The notes under the pieces were generated by a model. That model saw only the letters and a program-made list of their open reading frames with translations, was not told the DNA's origin and searched no databases. A DNA stretch of 64,000 nucleotides. Source: a virus. Its lineage: Duplodnaviria > Heunggongvirae > Uroviricota > Caudoviricetes. The stretch is taken from positions 74,986-138,985 of the IMG/VR virus record IMGVR_UViG_3300032312_000788; one strand, given 5' to 3'. The position numbers and the translations under genes were made by a program. How positions within the stretch are numbered: the stretch's first letter is position 1; each line of letters starts with the position of its first letter. Positions 10,455 to 21,180 of this stretch are shown piece by piece.

Positions 10455-10955
10455 ATGAAAGAATTTGACCGAGCATCAATAAAACCAGAATGGTTGGATG
10501 TTGTAGAGGAATATCCAGAAATTTTTCTGGAACCATCTCCAGATGTATTAGATTGGTATCATGCTTATAATGGACAGGTTCAGGTTCCACAATTTGAGGA
10601 ATTGTGTAATTTGAGATATGGATTTGAGATGGATGTTGGGTGGAAAGAGATTATTCGAGAATTTTGTTCGAATATGAGAAAACTTATTCAAAAAGCTAAG
10701 GATAATGGACACGAAATTTATTTCAAAACCTTTATCCTGAAGGAGAAGTTTGGGGAGATTGCTAATCAGGGTAAATTCTATGGACAATATCGTGAGCTTT
10801 ATTGGGAAGATTATAAAGATTTACAACATAAATTAGTTCTCGATTCTCTAAAAACCTGTGAAATCACAGGAAAAGAAGGCAAAGCCAGACATAGAAATTA
10901 TTGGACTAAAACTTTGTGCGATGAAGAAGCTGAAAAATGGGAGAATTACAGATGA
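10455..10955 (+). CDS. hypothetical protein
   Basis: 166 aa. Confidence 0.4.
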   Translation: MKEFDRASIKPEWLDVVEEYPEIFLEPSPDVLDWYHAYNGQVQVPQFEELCNLRYGFEMDVGWKEIIREFCSNMRKLIQKAKDNGHEIYFKTFILKEKFGEIANQGKFYGQYRELYWEDYKDLQHKLVLDSLKTCEITGKEGKARHRNYWTKTLCDEEAEKWENYR

Positions 10956-11287
10956 ATAGATATGGAATAACACAACATGGTCGTCTCTTTTCATCTTTAG
11001 ATGGACCATTGGTATTCTTCTCTGATATTGGAGAATTACAAAAAGAGGTTGAACATCTCCGAGAATATACAGATCATTTAGTTAGCTTCAGTAAGCTACC
11101 ATGTTTACCCAAAGATTTGGAAAATTTAAGAGAAGCAAATACCAAATTTGCTCTAGAGAATGAGCAACTTAAAAACGAAATCGAAGGTTGGAAGAATAAA
11201 TGGGAATGTGCAATCGAATTGGCTGCACAAGCAGAACATAAACTTCAAGTTGTTAAAGATTACATAAATAATGTAGATGAATTTTGA
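10937..11287 (+). CDS. hypothetical coiled-coil protein
   Basis: 116 aa. Confidence 0.35.
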   Translation: MGELQMNRYGITQHGRLFSSLDGPLVFFSDIGELQKEVEHLREYTDHLVSFSKLPCLPKDLENLREANTKFALENEQLKNEIEGWKNKWECAIELAAQAEHKLQVVKDYINNVDEF

Positions 11288-12161
11288 TCAACTCACTGAG
11301 GGTATTAAAAATCCCCTAAGAAAAGCGCAACTACCACCCGCTCAAAAAATACCTCCGATCCAAGAATGGAAAAAGGATTGGAAAAAATATATTCTTAATG
11401 GTGAGATTGAGAATGAAGTCGATCAAAAAATTAAAGACGATTACCTAAAGTTAAAGGGGATATTTCCTAATAGAGCGGATAGTTGGTTAGATCAACAAGC
11501 TGATAAATTTGCTGTGTTGAGCAGGAGAGAAAAAACATCACAATATAAGAAAATATTTGAACATCAAGGGGTCCAAGTTTTTTTGGATGGGTTGGTTGAC
11601 CAGAGTTTCGAAAACAATGCGTATAATATGAAGATGTTGAGAAATTCTATAATCAATATGCTGAACGAAATCAAAGACATCTTACCTAACAGAAAACCAA
11701 GATTTGTTATTACCGATGAATCCAAAAATTTTAGATTTAAAAATACATATGCTGGAGATGCAGTAGGTATCTATCGAGATAGATTGATTTTTATTGATCA
11801 ATACGCTATCGATGAACCAAGCATATTTGTTCATGAGTATGCTCATTATGTCGCAGATTTGATACCAACACAAACCGAACCATTGTTGAAAAAATCCTAT
11901 GAAGAATTATTAGATTCTTATTGGAGAAAATCTAAAAGGAAGAAACGTATTCTGCAAGGTGATCCCACCAAAGCTGATGATATGAAAGAAACTTTAAAAT
12001 GGAGAAAAAGAATTTCAGAGAAATTAGGATTTCCCCAATATGGTTTGACAAATTTTGACGAATTCTTTGCTGTATTAATAGAAAATTGGAAAAAGATGCC
12101 TAATAATACAGCAACATACAGATTCAAAAGTCTTGTAAAAAACGTAATACAGAGGCTTTGA
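11277..12161 (+). CDS. putative HExxH zinc metallopeptidase-like protein
   Basis: FVHEYAHYV (HExxH) motif only. Confidence 0.35.
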   Translation: MNFDQLTEGIKNPLRKAQLPPAQKIPPIQEWKKDWKKYILNGEIENEVDQKIKDDYLKLKGIFPNRADSWLDQQADKFAVLSRREKTSQYKKIFEHQGVQVFLDGLVDQSFENNAYNMKMLRNSIINMLNEIKDILPNRKPRFVITDESKNFRFKNTYAGDAVGIYRDRLIFIDQYAIDEPSIFVHEYAHYVADLIPTQTEPLLKKSYEELLDSYWRKSKRKKRILQGDPTKADDMKETLKWRKRISEKLGFPQYGLTNFDEFFAVLIENWKKMPNNTATYRFKSLVKNVIQRL

Positions 12162-12609
12162 TAAATAAAACACTAAACTATAATGAATAGGTAAAGATGA
12201 GTGAGAAATATGAGGGTAATGTGGGAAACTATAGTTTCATCATGCAAGAAGATGATGTAATTGAGGTTTGGTCAGATTCTAATTTAGAACAAGCAGAGAC
12301 GTATATTTTTATTAAACCGGGATCGGTTAAAAATAAAAAAGATTTTGAGAAGGAAATTTCCTTTTGGTGGATGCAAAATATAGGATAAAAATATGAATAA
12401 AATGTTAAATGAAGTAGAAAAAGTAAAAGATTTTGTCAAGGCTCTTACAGAGACTCAAGACTTGAGATATTCTAGTCTTTTAGATGAATTGTGTATCTCT
12501 GAAGAAAATGAAAATTGGTTGTTCGATTACATTTTCAATTCTGGAGAAGATGACGAAACTTTTCAAAAATACTTATCTAGATACGATAAGAAAGTAGAGG
12601 ATATTATTC

Positions 12610-13116
12610 ATGAATGAAGTGACACTTCCAATAGAATTAGCTGAAACCAAACTCACATTAGATGAGATTGGTGCTATTTTTGTTTTATATTCCATGAATA
12701 AGATATCAGATGAATCTAAATCGAACTGGAGTAAAGACAAAGAACTTTCATTAATTGTGAAAAACTTGGTTAGTATGAGTATTGTATCTATCACAGAATC
12801 CGAGAATGGTCCAGTTTTAGATATTGATATTAGATCACTGAAACCCGAATTTTGGTCAGTTGAGGATTATGATTCATTTGGGAACACAATATATTCGAAG
12901 GAAAGTTATTGGGGTGATGAGGGTAGTAAATTTCGATATATTTTGACTCCTAGATTAGAATCAAATGAAATAGTTTATTCTTTGAGTCATTCGGAATTTG
13001 GTGTGATTACTAATTTTGTTCTTAATAAAGAAGAGGGTGAAAGAATGGTAAAGAATGAATTAGAGCAAGAGTTATTAGATATAAAACAACAAGATTTACT
13101 GAAAACAGATGAGTAA
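12610..13116 (+). CDS. hypothetical protein
   Basis: 168 aa. Confidence 0.35.
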   Translation: MNEVTLPIELAETKLTLDEIGAIFVLYSMNKISDESKSNWSKDKELSLIVKNLVSMSIVSITESENGPVLDIDIRSLKPEFWSVEDYDSFGNTIYSKESYWGDEGSKFRYILTPRLESNEIVYSLSHSEFGVITNFVLNKEEGERMVKNELEQELLDIKQQDLLKTDE

Positions 13117-13636
13117 AGGTGATAAAAATAGAGTAAGTGATCTAAATGCATACTGGTCCAGTCCTTTATGGGATAATTTGAAGAAAAAAACTATGGAAGA
13201 TCAATATAAGCCAAAGAGGTTTCTCCTATTGGACGACATTCGAGAACCTGAACATTGTTATATATTTGAAGAGGATAAGACTTTGCAGCAATACTCTGGT
13301 ATATCCAATTCAAAGTGGGATGTTGTTAGATCTTATGAAGAATTTGTGGAGTATGTTGAAAAGTTCGGAATTCCCCATGTCGTCTCATTTGATAATGATT
13401 TGGTTAATTGTTGTGATACAGATATACCTCAAGGAGATCTAGTAGAATTGTATTCTATGATGAATTGGAGAGGTTCTAAGTATAAGACTGGAGCGCATTG
13501 CGCTGATTGGTTGTGTGATCGCTGTAAGAGGCTACAGCACCCTCTACCAACTTATTATGTTCATAGTGCGAATAGTGCTGCCCGCCCTATAATCAAGTCT
13601 ATTTTTGATGCAGCAAGACCATATATAAAACACTAA
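13109..13636 (+). CDS. hypothetical Cys-rich protein
   Basis: 175 aa; ends ..YIKH* inside the start motif. Confidence 0.35.
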   Translation: MSKGDKNRVSDLNAYWSSPLWDNLKKKTMEDQYKPKRFLLLDDIREPEHCYIFEEDKTLQQYSGISNSKWDVVRSYEEFVEYVEKFGIPHVVSFDNDLVNCCDTDIPQGDLVELYSMMNWRGSKYKTGAHCADWLCDRCKRLQHPLPTYYVHSANSAARPIIKSIFDAARPYIKH

Positions 13637-13650
13637 GTTATCATAAGGTC

Positions 13651-14376
13651 ATGAAAAGAAAATTTAGATCAGATAAAATTATTCTGATTGGTGATACGCA
13701 TTCTAATACTGCATCGCATCATATCCTGAATGTGAGGATTCCAGATGGTTCCGATGTCATTCATATCGGAGATCATGGACTTGGTTTTGGTAATATCTCG
13801 TATGCTATCGAGAACGCTTTATCTTGGCTGGATAGAATCAATAAACTATGTCAAGCTATAGATGTGATGTATTACATTATAAGAGGAAATCATGATGCAA
13901 CTTATCCCAAAATTTGGGACAGTAAATGGTCAAATATTGTTCTCATCAAAGATCAAGAATATGTAGAATTCCCAAATGGGAAGAAAGCTATTCTAGTAGG
14001 TGGTGGAATAAGCGTTGATAGATGTAATCGAAAACAAGGTGTTGATTATTGGTATGATGAACCCACAATACCTATTGATAACGTGGAGAAATGTGATATC
14101 ATGTTCTCGCATGATGCACCAGATTACTTCAATCATCCAACGAATACTCTACATGTGAGATTTCAATGGTCTATTGATAAAGATCCAACACTATTATCAG
14201 ATTGTTATACTCAAAGAGAGTTAATGTCCTCTATTCTGGAAAAATCAGAGGCTAAAACACTCGTAAGTGGTCACTTCCACAATTCTAAGAAAGAGGAACG
14301 AAATGGTGTATACTATCAGTGTTTGGATATTAATGAGATTTTTGAATTTGATGCTAACAAAGAATATAAATTATGA
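13651..14376 (+). CDS. PPP-type metallophosphoesterase (Ser/Thr phosphatase-like)
   Basis: GDTHS, GDHGLG, RGNHD motifs in order. Confidence 0.65.
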   Translation: MKRKFRSDKIILIGDTHSNTASHHILNVRIPDGSDVIHIGDHGLGFGNISYAIENALSWLDRINKLCQAIDVMYYIIRGNHDATYPKIWDSKWSNIVLIKDQEYVEFPNGKKAILVGGGISVDRCNRKQGVDYWYDEPTIPIDNVEKCDIMFSHDAPDYFNHPTNTLHVRFQWSIDKDPTLLSDCYTQRELMSSILEKSEAKTLVSGHFHNSKKEERNGVYYQCLDINEIFEFDANKEYKL

Positions 14377-14927
14377 CTAAAGTATTAGTATTGGATTTTG
14401 ATGAGACATTGGCCTCATCTATGTATGCCAGTAATGAAAAACACGCTGATGAATTGTTGGAAACGTATGGCCAATATTGGCACGGTGTTAAATTTCAATT
14501 ACCGAACGATGGGTGGTATGTATCATTCATACGATCTTGGTCTAAGGAATTGATATCATACTTCCAGATGACTTTAGGATTGGATAATATTTGTATTCTT
14601 TCTTGGGGGACTAATGATTATGTTTTGAGGGCTGCTCATCTCTTGGATTTAGGCATCTCACCCCAAAATACATTTACACGAGAAGATATTGGATACACAG
14701 TTCCAAGATTTGAGAATAAGAATAATGTATTGGTGGACAATGAAAATTATTCATACCATCGAGGAGGTTATCATAACAAGGTAAATTTTTTGTATGGGTT
14801 AGAACCAGAGAAATTAGTCCAAGTTACTAATTTTGATGTAAGATATTTCCAAGAAGGTTTAGATATTACATTGGAAGAACTAATTAAAAAAATAGAAACA
14901 GCTTTTGATTATGAGGCCGAAGTTTAG
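14373..14927 (+). CDS. HAD-superfamily phosphatase (PNK 3'-phosphatase-like)
   Basis: N-terminal VLVLDFDETLAS (DxDxT) motif as in the T4 Pnk phosphatase domain. Confidence 0.55.
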   Translation: MTKVLVLDFDETLASSMYASNEKHADELLETYGQYWHGVKFQLPNDGWYVSFIRSWSKELISYFQMTLGLDNICILSWGTNDYVLRAAHLLDLGISPQNTFTREDIGYTVPRFENKNNVLVDNENYSYHRGGYHNKVNFLYGLEPEKLVQVTNFDVRYFQEGLDITLEELIKKIETAFDYEAEV

Positions 14928-15336
14928 AGTTTGGAATAAGAGAAATAAAAGATGGTTGTCTAAAGATGACCATAGTCTACATTGTTGGAGTCACTGGATG
15001 TTGGATATTTTCAGTGGAAAAATATATGATTTCGCTTTAGTTGGAGAGCATTACACACCAGATGTAGAGCCAGATTTTTATATGGATAAAACGACTCTTG
15101 TTTCGGAGAGTCCATATATCATCCAACAATGGACAGGAATGACTGATAAAGAGAGTGTAGATATATACGAAGGAGATATTGTAGAATACACATTAGCTAA
15201 TTCTAGATTCAAAGATAGGATTGAATGGCAAAACTATGGATGGGTTCTACAAGGTATAGATATAGACTCTGGATTTCCTCTTTGCGAAGCATATGACATG
15301 AAGATTGTTGGAAATATTTTCCAGAATGATCAATAA
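14905..15336 (+). CDS. YopX-family protein
   Basis: MRPKFRVWNK..DIYEGDIVEY pattern of YopX. Confidence 0.5.
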   Translation: MIMRPKFRVWNKRNKRWLSKDDHSLHCWSHWMLDIFSGKIYDFALVGEHYTPDVEPDFYMDKTTLVSESPYIIQQWTGMTDKESVDIYEGDIVEYTLANSRFKDRIEWQNYGWVLQGIDIDSGFPLCEAYDMKIVGNIFQNDQ

Positions 15337-15708
15337 AACACTAATGAATAATACGGACATGACAATTACAGATCTAGCATTACAAGAGCTACATGAAACT
15401 TGGGGGTATACTACCGAAGAGTTGAATGATATTCGAGATAAGATGGAAGAATTAGCCAATACTTGGTTTTGGGAAGGATACCAAGAAGCTTCAAATAAGG
15501 AAAAATCATTTACATCATATGGAAAATCAGAAGATTATGAATGAAGAGCAAACAGAAGCGGTATATGCCAATGATGAAACTTTATCAGCATTAAAAGAGA
15601 GATGGTTTAAATTAGCTAAGAACGAGGTTTTTGGAAAAACTAAAGAGATAACCAAAAAACTTGATGATCTAGAAAAAAGTATCAATAACCGAAAGAAAGA
15701 ATTAACAG

Positions 15709-16116
15709 ATGTTTGAAATTGAATTACCAAAGTATAAAGGAAGAATATTCAAACCTTATGATTGGTTTGGATGGTTAGCATCCTTAGTGGGAATTGGTCT
15801 AATGGCTATTATCGTTAGAGATGATAGCATTGAATGGTATCAAAAGTGTTGGGTTATGGGTGCTGTTGGATTCTGCACTCTCGAATATTTTTGGAGAGTT
15901 GCTCAAGGAAGGGTCTATAAATACATTTACTATGATACAATTATACACAATATGTATCAAATTAAAATAGGAGAAAATACTTATTACATTTGTGCGGAGA
16001 GTATTGAAGAGTTAGAGCTATATTTGGATGTTCATTATCCAAATGTATCAGAAAATTATGAAGTTATCTCAGAAAATGCTGTAGAGTCTTGGATTAAAAA
16101 GGAAAATTTTGTATGA
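15709..16116 (+). CDS. hypothetical membrane protein
   Basis: two hydrophobic segments. Confidence 0.35.
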   Translation: MFEIELPKYKGRIFKPYDWFGWLASLVGIGLMAIIVRDDSIEWYQKCWVMGAVGFCTLEYFWRVAQGRVYKYIYYDTIIHNMYQIKIGENTYYICAESIEELELYLDVHYPNVSENYEVISENAVESWIKKENFV

Positions 16117-16631
16117 AAGTTATATATGGTGATATGTTAGAGGGTGATTGGGATTTTGCTTGTCACATCGCAAATTGTTATACAACATTTGGTAGTGGAA
16201 TCGCTTATTTCATTAGACGAAAATTCCCAAAAGTTTATCAGGCTGATTTAGACTGTGACCTGAATGAAGTTGATAAGCTTGGAAATTATTCTTATGGTGA
16301 TATTGGAGATGGTCGTGGTATCTATAACATTTATGCTATGCGAGGATTGGGAAATGATGGATCTCACCTAGGTAGAAATTGTAGTTACGATGCCCTAGCT
16401 GATGCTCTCGATAAAATTTGTGAAGAGATTGAATACAACTGTTCTTTGTGGGAAGGTCGTATTAGGGTCGGAGTTCCGAGGCTTATGGGTTGTTGTAGAG
16501 CGGGAGGATCGTGGACCATTGTAGAATCCATTTTACAAACTATGGAAGAATTACATCCAAATATTGAGTTTGTGGTTTATGATTTTGAAGGTGAAGAAAA
16601 GGCTCAGAGCACTTTACCAATAAAACACTAA
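16113..16631 (+). CDS. macro-domain protein (ADP-ribose / Appr-1-p binding or hydrolysis)
   Basis: VIYGDMLEG..FACHIANC..FGSGIAYFI resembles macro GDIT..NAAN..GGGVAGAI signature. Confidence 0.55.
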   Translation: MKVIYGDMLEGDWDFACHIANCYTTFGSGIAYFIRRKFPKVYQADLDCDLNEVDKLGNYSYGDIGDGRGIYNIYAMRGLGNDGSHLGRNCSYDALADALDKICEEIEYNCSLWEGRIRVGVPRLMGCCRAGGSWTIVESILQTMEELHPNIEFVVYDFEGEEKAQSTLPIKH

Positions 16632-16645
16632 AGCATAATAACAGA
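16621..16645 (+). promoter_or_regulatory. conserved gene-start motif (promoter or initiation signal), example
   Basis: TAAAACACTAAAGCATAATAACAGA then ATG at 16646. Confidence 0.5.
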
Positions 16646-18037
16646 ATGAACATAAAAGTATCAGAAAACGCAGATCCAAATTACTTGGCTACTGTAATAA
16701 GATGTCCAGAAATTCGAGATCATCCGGGGGCTGACCGTTTATCGATTACAGAAATTTTTGGTAATACTGTGGTGTTGGGAAAAGGATCTTATGTGAAGGA
16801 TGACCTATGTGTTTACTTCCCTGTAGAATCTTGTCTATCGCCTAAGTTCTTGTCATGGGCTAATTTATACGATAAGGAAATTCTTAATGCTGATGGTAAG
16901 ACTAAGGGATTCTTCTCGCAGAAAGGTAATCGTGTAAAGGCTGTTAAATTACGTGGAATTCCATCTCAAGGATTTTTGTATAAGATCGAGGAATTGGCCA
17001 AATATTACAACATTTCTCCTAGAATTTTTGCCTTGGGTGAATCTTTTGATACTGTTGGTGAGGATTTACTTGTAACCAAATACATCAGACCAGAGGTTAA
17101 GTCAAACAATGAGAATAATACACCCAAGAATAAAATTCCTAAGTGGATTAATACAACTTTGGGTATTTTCCCTCGTCCTATCAGAAATACTATTTTCCCT
17201 GTAGTTAAGTGGTACTATGGTCTATCTAAGGACGATGGTATCAAGTCTCTTATTGTGGATGGACAATTCAAATTCCATGGCAAAACTGAACACTTGGGTA
17301 AGAACATTTGGTTGATCAATCCAGAGGATGAGATTACGATCACATCCAAGGCTCATGGAACCAGTGCAATCTTCGGTAATATTTTGAGTAAGCGTAAGCT
17401 TAGTTTAATTGAAAATATTAAACTGAAATTGGGTGTTGATGTAAAGACAACTGAATACACACTAGTTTATAGTAGTAGAAGTATTCTGAAGAATCGAAGA
17501 GATGGGAAATACACTGATGATGTGTGGGGTATTGAAGCATCTAAACTAGAGGGTATTATTCCAGAAGGTTATACTTTATTCGGAGAAATTGTTGGTCATA
17601 CACCCGGAGGTAAAACCATTCAAAAGAATTATGATTATGGAGTTCCTCTCACAGAATCGGATTTTTGGGTATATCGTATCACAGAAACTACTACTGATGG
17701 TGTAGTTAGGGAACTATCATTCCCAGAGATTTCGAAGTTGTGTGAAGAATTGTGCATCAAAACAGTCCCTCATTATTATACTGGAAAAGCCGAAGATCTA
17801 TTTCCCGATATCAAAGTGAATAAAGATTGGTCTACCAATTGGTTACACGCTTTGAAGGAGAAGTATCTCGATAAGAAATGTGAATTTTGTAAATCGGGTG
17901 TTGTAAATGAAGGAGTTGTTGTTAAGATCAATTCCAAGGATACAAAACCAGTCTTTAAATTCAAGTCTCCTTTATTTAACATAGCCGAGGGGAAACTTAG
18001 AGATAGTGAGTATGAAGATATAGAAGAATTAAATTGA
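16646..18037 (+). CDS. ATP-dependent RNA ligase, Rnl2/Rnl5 clade, with about 230-aa N-terminal extension
   Basis: motif I TSKAHGTSAIFGNI matches T4 Rnl2 KIHGTNFSLI (KxHGT); nucleotidyltransferase domain begins about residue 235. Confidence 0.6.
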   Translation: MNIKVSENADPNYLATVIRCPEIRDHPGADRLSITEIFGNTVVLGKGSYVKDDLCVYFPVESCLSPKFLSWANLYDKEILNADGKTKGFFSQKGNRVKAVKLRGIPSQGFLYKIEELAKYYNISPRIFALGESFDTVGEDLLVTKYIRPEVKSNNENNTPKNKIPKWINTTLGIFPRPIRNTIFPVVKWYYGLSKDDGIKSLIVDGQFKFHGKTEHLGKNIWLINPEDEITITSKAHGTSAIFGNILSKRKLSLIENIKLKLGVDVKTTEYTLVYSSRSILKNRRDGKYTDDVWGIEASKLEGIIPEGYTLFGEIVGHTPGGKTIQKNYDYGVPLTESDFWVYRITETTTDGVVRELSFPEISKLCEELCIKTVPHYYTGKAEDLFPDIKVNKDWSTNWLHALKEKYLDKKCEFCKSGVVNEGVVVKINSKDTKPVFKFKSPLFNIAEGKLRDSEYEDIEELN

Positions 18038-19098
18038 ATCAATCATCATATGAAAAAATGAGTCCAATTGGACTAAATATTCATATGGATAAAATACAAT
18101 ATATTAAAGATAATTATGGAATATTATCAAATTCTGAAATATCAGACTCACTAGGATTGAGTGTAAATCAAATTAGGTCGTTGGTATACAAACATATTCC
18201 TTTTGATGATAGATATAGGAGGGGTAAGTCTCCACATTCTAAACCAAAAAGAAAATTTAACGTAAACGATGAAAGTTTTTCTGAATATAACTTAAATTCT
18301 TGCTATTGGGCTGGATTAATGGCTGCTGATGGTCATATTACAAAAAAATGGGATTCGTTTTCGATTGGGTTGAAGGAGTCTGATAGATCACATATAGAGA
18401 AATTTAAGGTGTGGTTGAATTTCGATGGTCCAATATGCTATAACAAAAATAAATACTTATATAAAGGTGTAGAGCAAATGAAATATTCTTATTCTATAAA
18501 AGTCACTTCTAAAAAGATAGTGGAAGATTTAAATAATAATTTTGGTGTTATTAGAAAAAAGAGTTTGATAATCAAGCCTCCAACAAAGATAAAAGATGAT
18601 CAGCATATAGATTCTTTTATAAAAGGATATATTGATGGAGATGGTTCTTTATCTTTGGGTAAAGATAAAACATCGAGATTATCTATTTTGGGAACTTATG
18701 ACATGATTATTTGGATAAATGAAAGGTTTGAAAATATACTCGGTCGTCATTTACCGAAACCCATAAAAAATGGAAATGTGTGGAAGATTGATCTAGGTAA
18801 TAAAACATCTAGAAAACTTTTACAAACCTTTTTTAATATAAAAACACCAGAATTGGAAAGAAAATGGACTCCAGAACTGAGAGATATAGTCTTTAATTAT
18901 AAAAAGAGTAGAAATTTAGATAATTATAAAAATATTATAAGAATGCAAAGCGAAGGAATGAATCAAACAGAAATAAGCAAACATATTGGTGTTACCTCAG
19001 CAGCAATATGTTGGATTATGAAACAGGATTGTTTTAAAATCTTGAAGGAGAGTGCCGCTAGAGATAATGGAGAAGCTGATATGGAGGAAGAAAGTTAA
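18034..19098 (+). CDS. LAGLIDADG homing endonuclease with C-terminal HTH
   Basis: two LAGLIDADG motifs (YWAGLMAADGHI and KGYIDGDGSL); C-terminal HTH (TEISKHIGVTSAAICWIMK). Confidence 0.7.
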   Translation: MNQSSYEKMSPIGLNIHMDKIQYIKDNYGILSNSEISDSLGLSVNQIRSLVYKHIPFDDRYRRGKSPHSKPKRKFNVNDESFSEYNLNSCYWAGLMAADGHITKKWDSFSIGLKESDRSHIEKFKVWLNFDGPICYNKNKYLYKGVEQMKYSYSIKVTSKKIVEDLNNNFGVIRKKSLIIKPPTKIKDDQHIDSFIKGYIDGDGSLSLGKDKTSRLSILGTYDMIIWINERFENILGRHLPKPIKNGNVWKIDLGNKTSRKLLQTFFNIKTPELERKWTPELRDIVFNYKKSRNLDNYKNIIRMQSEGMNQTEISKHIGVTSAAICWIMKQDCFKILKESAARDNGEADMEEES

Positions 19099-19099
19099 T

Positions 19100-19261
19100 A
19101 TGAACGATAAATGGTATAATTCTGATTTTGCTGCATTGTTGGGTTTTGGTATTTTAGTGTTCTTATTATGTTTAGGTTTAGGGACGTGTACAAAAGTATC
19201 AGGTGGTCTACCACCGATCCAAGATAATAAAACACTAAATCATAATGTTGAACATGAATGA
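19100..19261 (+). CDS. small membrane protein
   Basis: start trimmed to internal Met; single TM segment. Confidence 0.3.
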   Translation: MNDKWYNSDFAALLGFGILVFLLCLGLGTCTKVSGGLPPIQDNKTLNHNVEHE

Positions 19262-20021
19262 ATCAATCAAAGAACATCCAGCCTTTGTGAATTGTGGGGG
19301 ACAATTGTTGGTTGAGCTTATCGGTGGATCGACTTTGTATGGACTGAATAATGAATCATCAGATATCGATTATCGTGGTTTGTTTATAGCTAGAGATAAA
19401 AAGTATATCAGTGGATTTGATACAATTGAGTCTATCGTTCAGGACAATGAAATCGATTCTACTTATTACGAACTCACTCGATATCTAAAGCTTTTGAGAA
19501 AATCTAATACTCAAGTATTAGAGATTCTATTCGCACCAGACGATGCCTTTACATATAAGTCTAATCTGTTTGACTATATTAGAGAAAACCGTTATGATCT
19601 AATCGAAACTAATATTTTGAAGTCTTCTCTGAAGGGTTATGTGTTCAGTGAGATTAGATTGGCTACGGGAGAAAGATCTGGTCAATTGGGTGGTAAACGA
19701 AAGGCTTCTGTCGTAAAGTATGGATACAGCCCGAAGAATTTTGTTCAAATTTTACGCTTATGTAAAGTGGGTCAAGTATTCTTCACCTCTGGAGATTACA
19801 TGGTTAAAGTGAAAGATTTCGATCCTAATTATCACGATTTTTTGATGGAAATCAAAACTAAACCAGAAAACTTCACAAAGGATGAATTATCCGGTTTGGT
19901 CGATGAAGAGTTTAAAAAACTAGAAAAAATCATGAATGAATCTACCATTAATTTCAAATTTGATGTTGATTTGGCTTCCGACATTGTTCTAGATGCGAGA
20001 TATGGCTACGAAGATTACTAA
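19245..20021 (+). CDS. Pol-beta-superfamily nucleotidyltransferase
   Basis: GGSTLYGLNNESSDIDYRG = hG[GS]x(9-13)DhD minimal NTase motif. Confidence 0.55.
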   Translation: MLNMNESIKEHPAFVNCGGQLLVELIGGSTLYGLNNESSDIDYRGLFIARDKKYISGFDTIESIVQDNEIDSTYYELTRYLKLLRKSNTQVLEILFAPDDAFTYKSNLFDYIRENRYDLIETNILKSSLKGYVFSEIRLATGERSGQLGGKRKASVVKYGYSPKNFVQILRLCKVGQVFFTSGDYMVKVKDFDPNYHDFLMEIKTKPENFTKDELSGLVDEEFKKLEKIMNESTINFKFDVDLASDIVLDARYGYEDY

Positions 20022-20211
20022 ATTTATAGATAATAAGGATAAGTCAGAAAATCTAACATATTATACAGACTACCCGACAGAACCTATAGGTGGAGGAAAT
20101 CCATACTATAGATGTAAATCGTGTGGTGTGAGTGATCCAGAAATAAATGGTAGATTAGATGGACATCGAAGCGATTGCGAATGGATCTTGAATAAGAAAA
20201 AGGAAGTATGA
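19993..20211 (+). CDS. small hypothetical (CxxC) protein
   Basis: 72 aa. Confidence 0.25.
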   Translation: MRDMATKITKFIDNKDKSENLTYYTDYPTEPIGGGNPYYRCKSCGVSDPEINGRLDGHRSDCEWILNKKKEV

Positions 20212-20624
20212 GCGAAAATACAAAACAAGTTATTATAATCAGGGCTGATCTCAATATGAGAAAGGGGAAAATTGCAGCACAAGCGAGTCATGGAAGTATG
20301 TCATTCTTAACTAAGAGTGGATCAACTGTCTTCTATGATCATCATTGGGCTTATTATCGAACTTCTAATTTCAATAAGGATTGGGTTTATGAACTTGCGC
20401 ACTGGCTTAATAATTCCTTCCGTAAAATTTGTGTATATGTAAACAGTCAAGAAGAACTTGAATCAGTTCATCGAAAAGCACTCGATACTGGGTTAATTTC
20501 TCATTTGATCATTGATAATGGAGCGACCGAATTTAACGGAGTTCCCACAATGACATGCTGTGCAATAGGACCACACTGGGACTATAAGTTTGAGGGTATA
20601 ACAAATCATCTACCATTATTATGA
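20208..20624 (+). CDS. peptidyl-tRNA hydrolase, PTH2 family
   Basis: VIIIRADLNMRKGKIAAQASHGS matches PTH2 LVVRxDLKMGKGKIAAQCSHAA. Confidence 0.75.
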   Translation: MSENTKQVIIIRADLNMRKGKIAAQASHGSMSFLTKSGSTVFYDHHWAYYRTSNFNKDWVYELAHWLNNSFRKICVYVNSQEELESVHRKALDTGLISHLIIDNGATEFNGVPTMTCCAIGPHWDYKFEGITNHLPLL

Positions 20625-20832
20625 GAAATAAATTCAACATGCAAGATTGGGTCAACGAAATAAATCGCTTAAATGAAGCGGATAGGATTCTTCGATTAAT
20701 TCTATCTTATTACGATATATACTCTGGACAATTTAAAAAGGTTCCAGACTACGATACAGATTTATGTAATCCGTATTCACTTAATAGTGCTATAAGAGGA
20801 TATATTAACTTTGACGATTCAGAATAAAAATT

Positions 20833-21099
20833 ATGAGGGATAGTATAAAGAAAATTATAGAATCCACAGGTTTAATGGTTTGTCCTGCTTGTGAAGGTGA
20901 AGGTGAATTGAATTATTTTTGTGGTCACGAATCTACCTCTGATTGTTATCATTGTTCTGGGAGAGGTGTTATCAGATCTTTAAATAAGGAGAAGCATAGT
21001 AAAGTTTGTATTATTTGTAATGGTCGAAGTGGTGGATGCGGTGGATGCAACTTCGACTCAGAGGGTTTTATTAGATGGGAAAGTTTTGAATTATTATGA
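20833..21099 (+). CDS. DnaJ-type cysteine-rich zinc-finger protein
   Basis: repeated CxxCxGxG units. Confidence 0.45.
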   Translation: MRDSIKKIIESTGLMVCPACEGEGELNYFCGHESTSDCYHCSGRGVIRSLNKEKHSKVCIICNGRSGGCGGCNFDSEGFIRWESFELL

Positions 21100-21180
21100 A
21101 ATATTCAAATCTTTTTTTATTTCTATTATTAATTCTTGAAAATTGTTCTTCTTTGGATTTTGGTTTGATTTTATCTGGAT

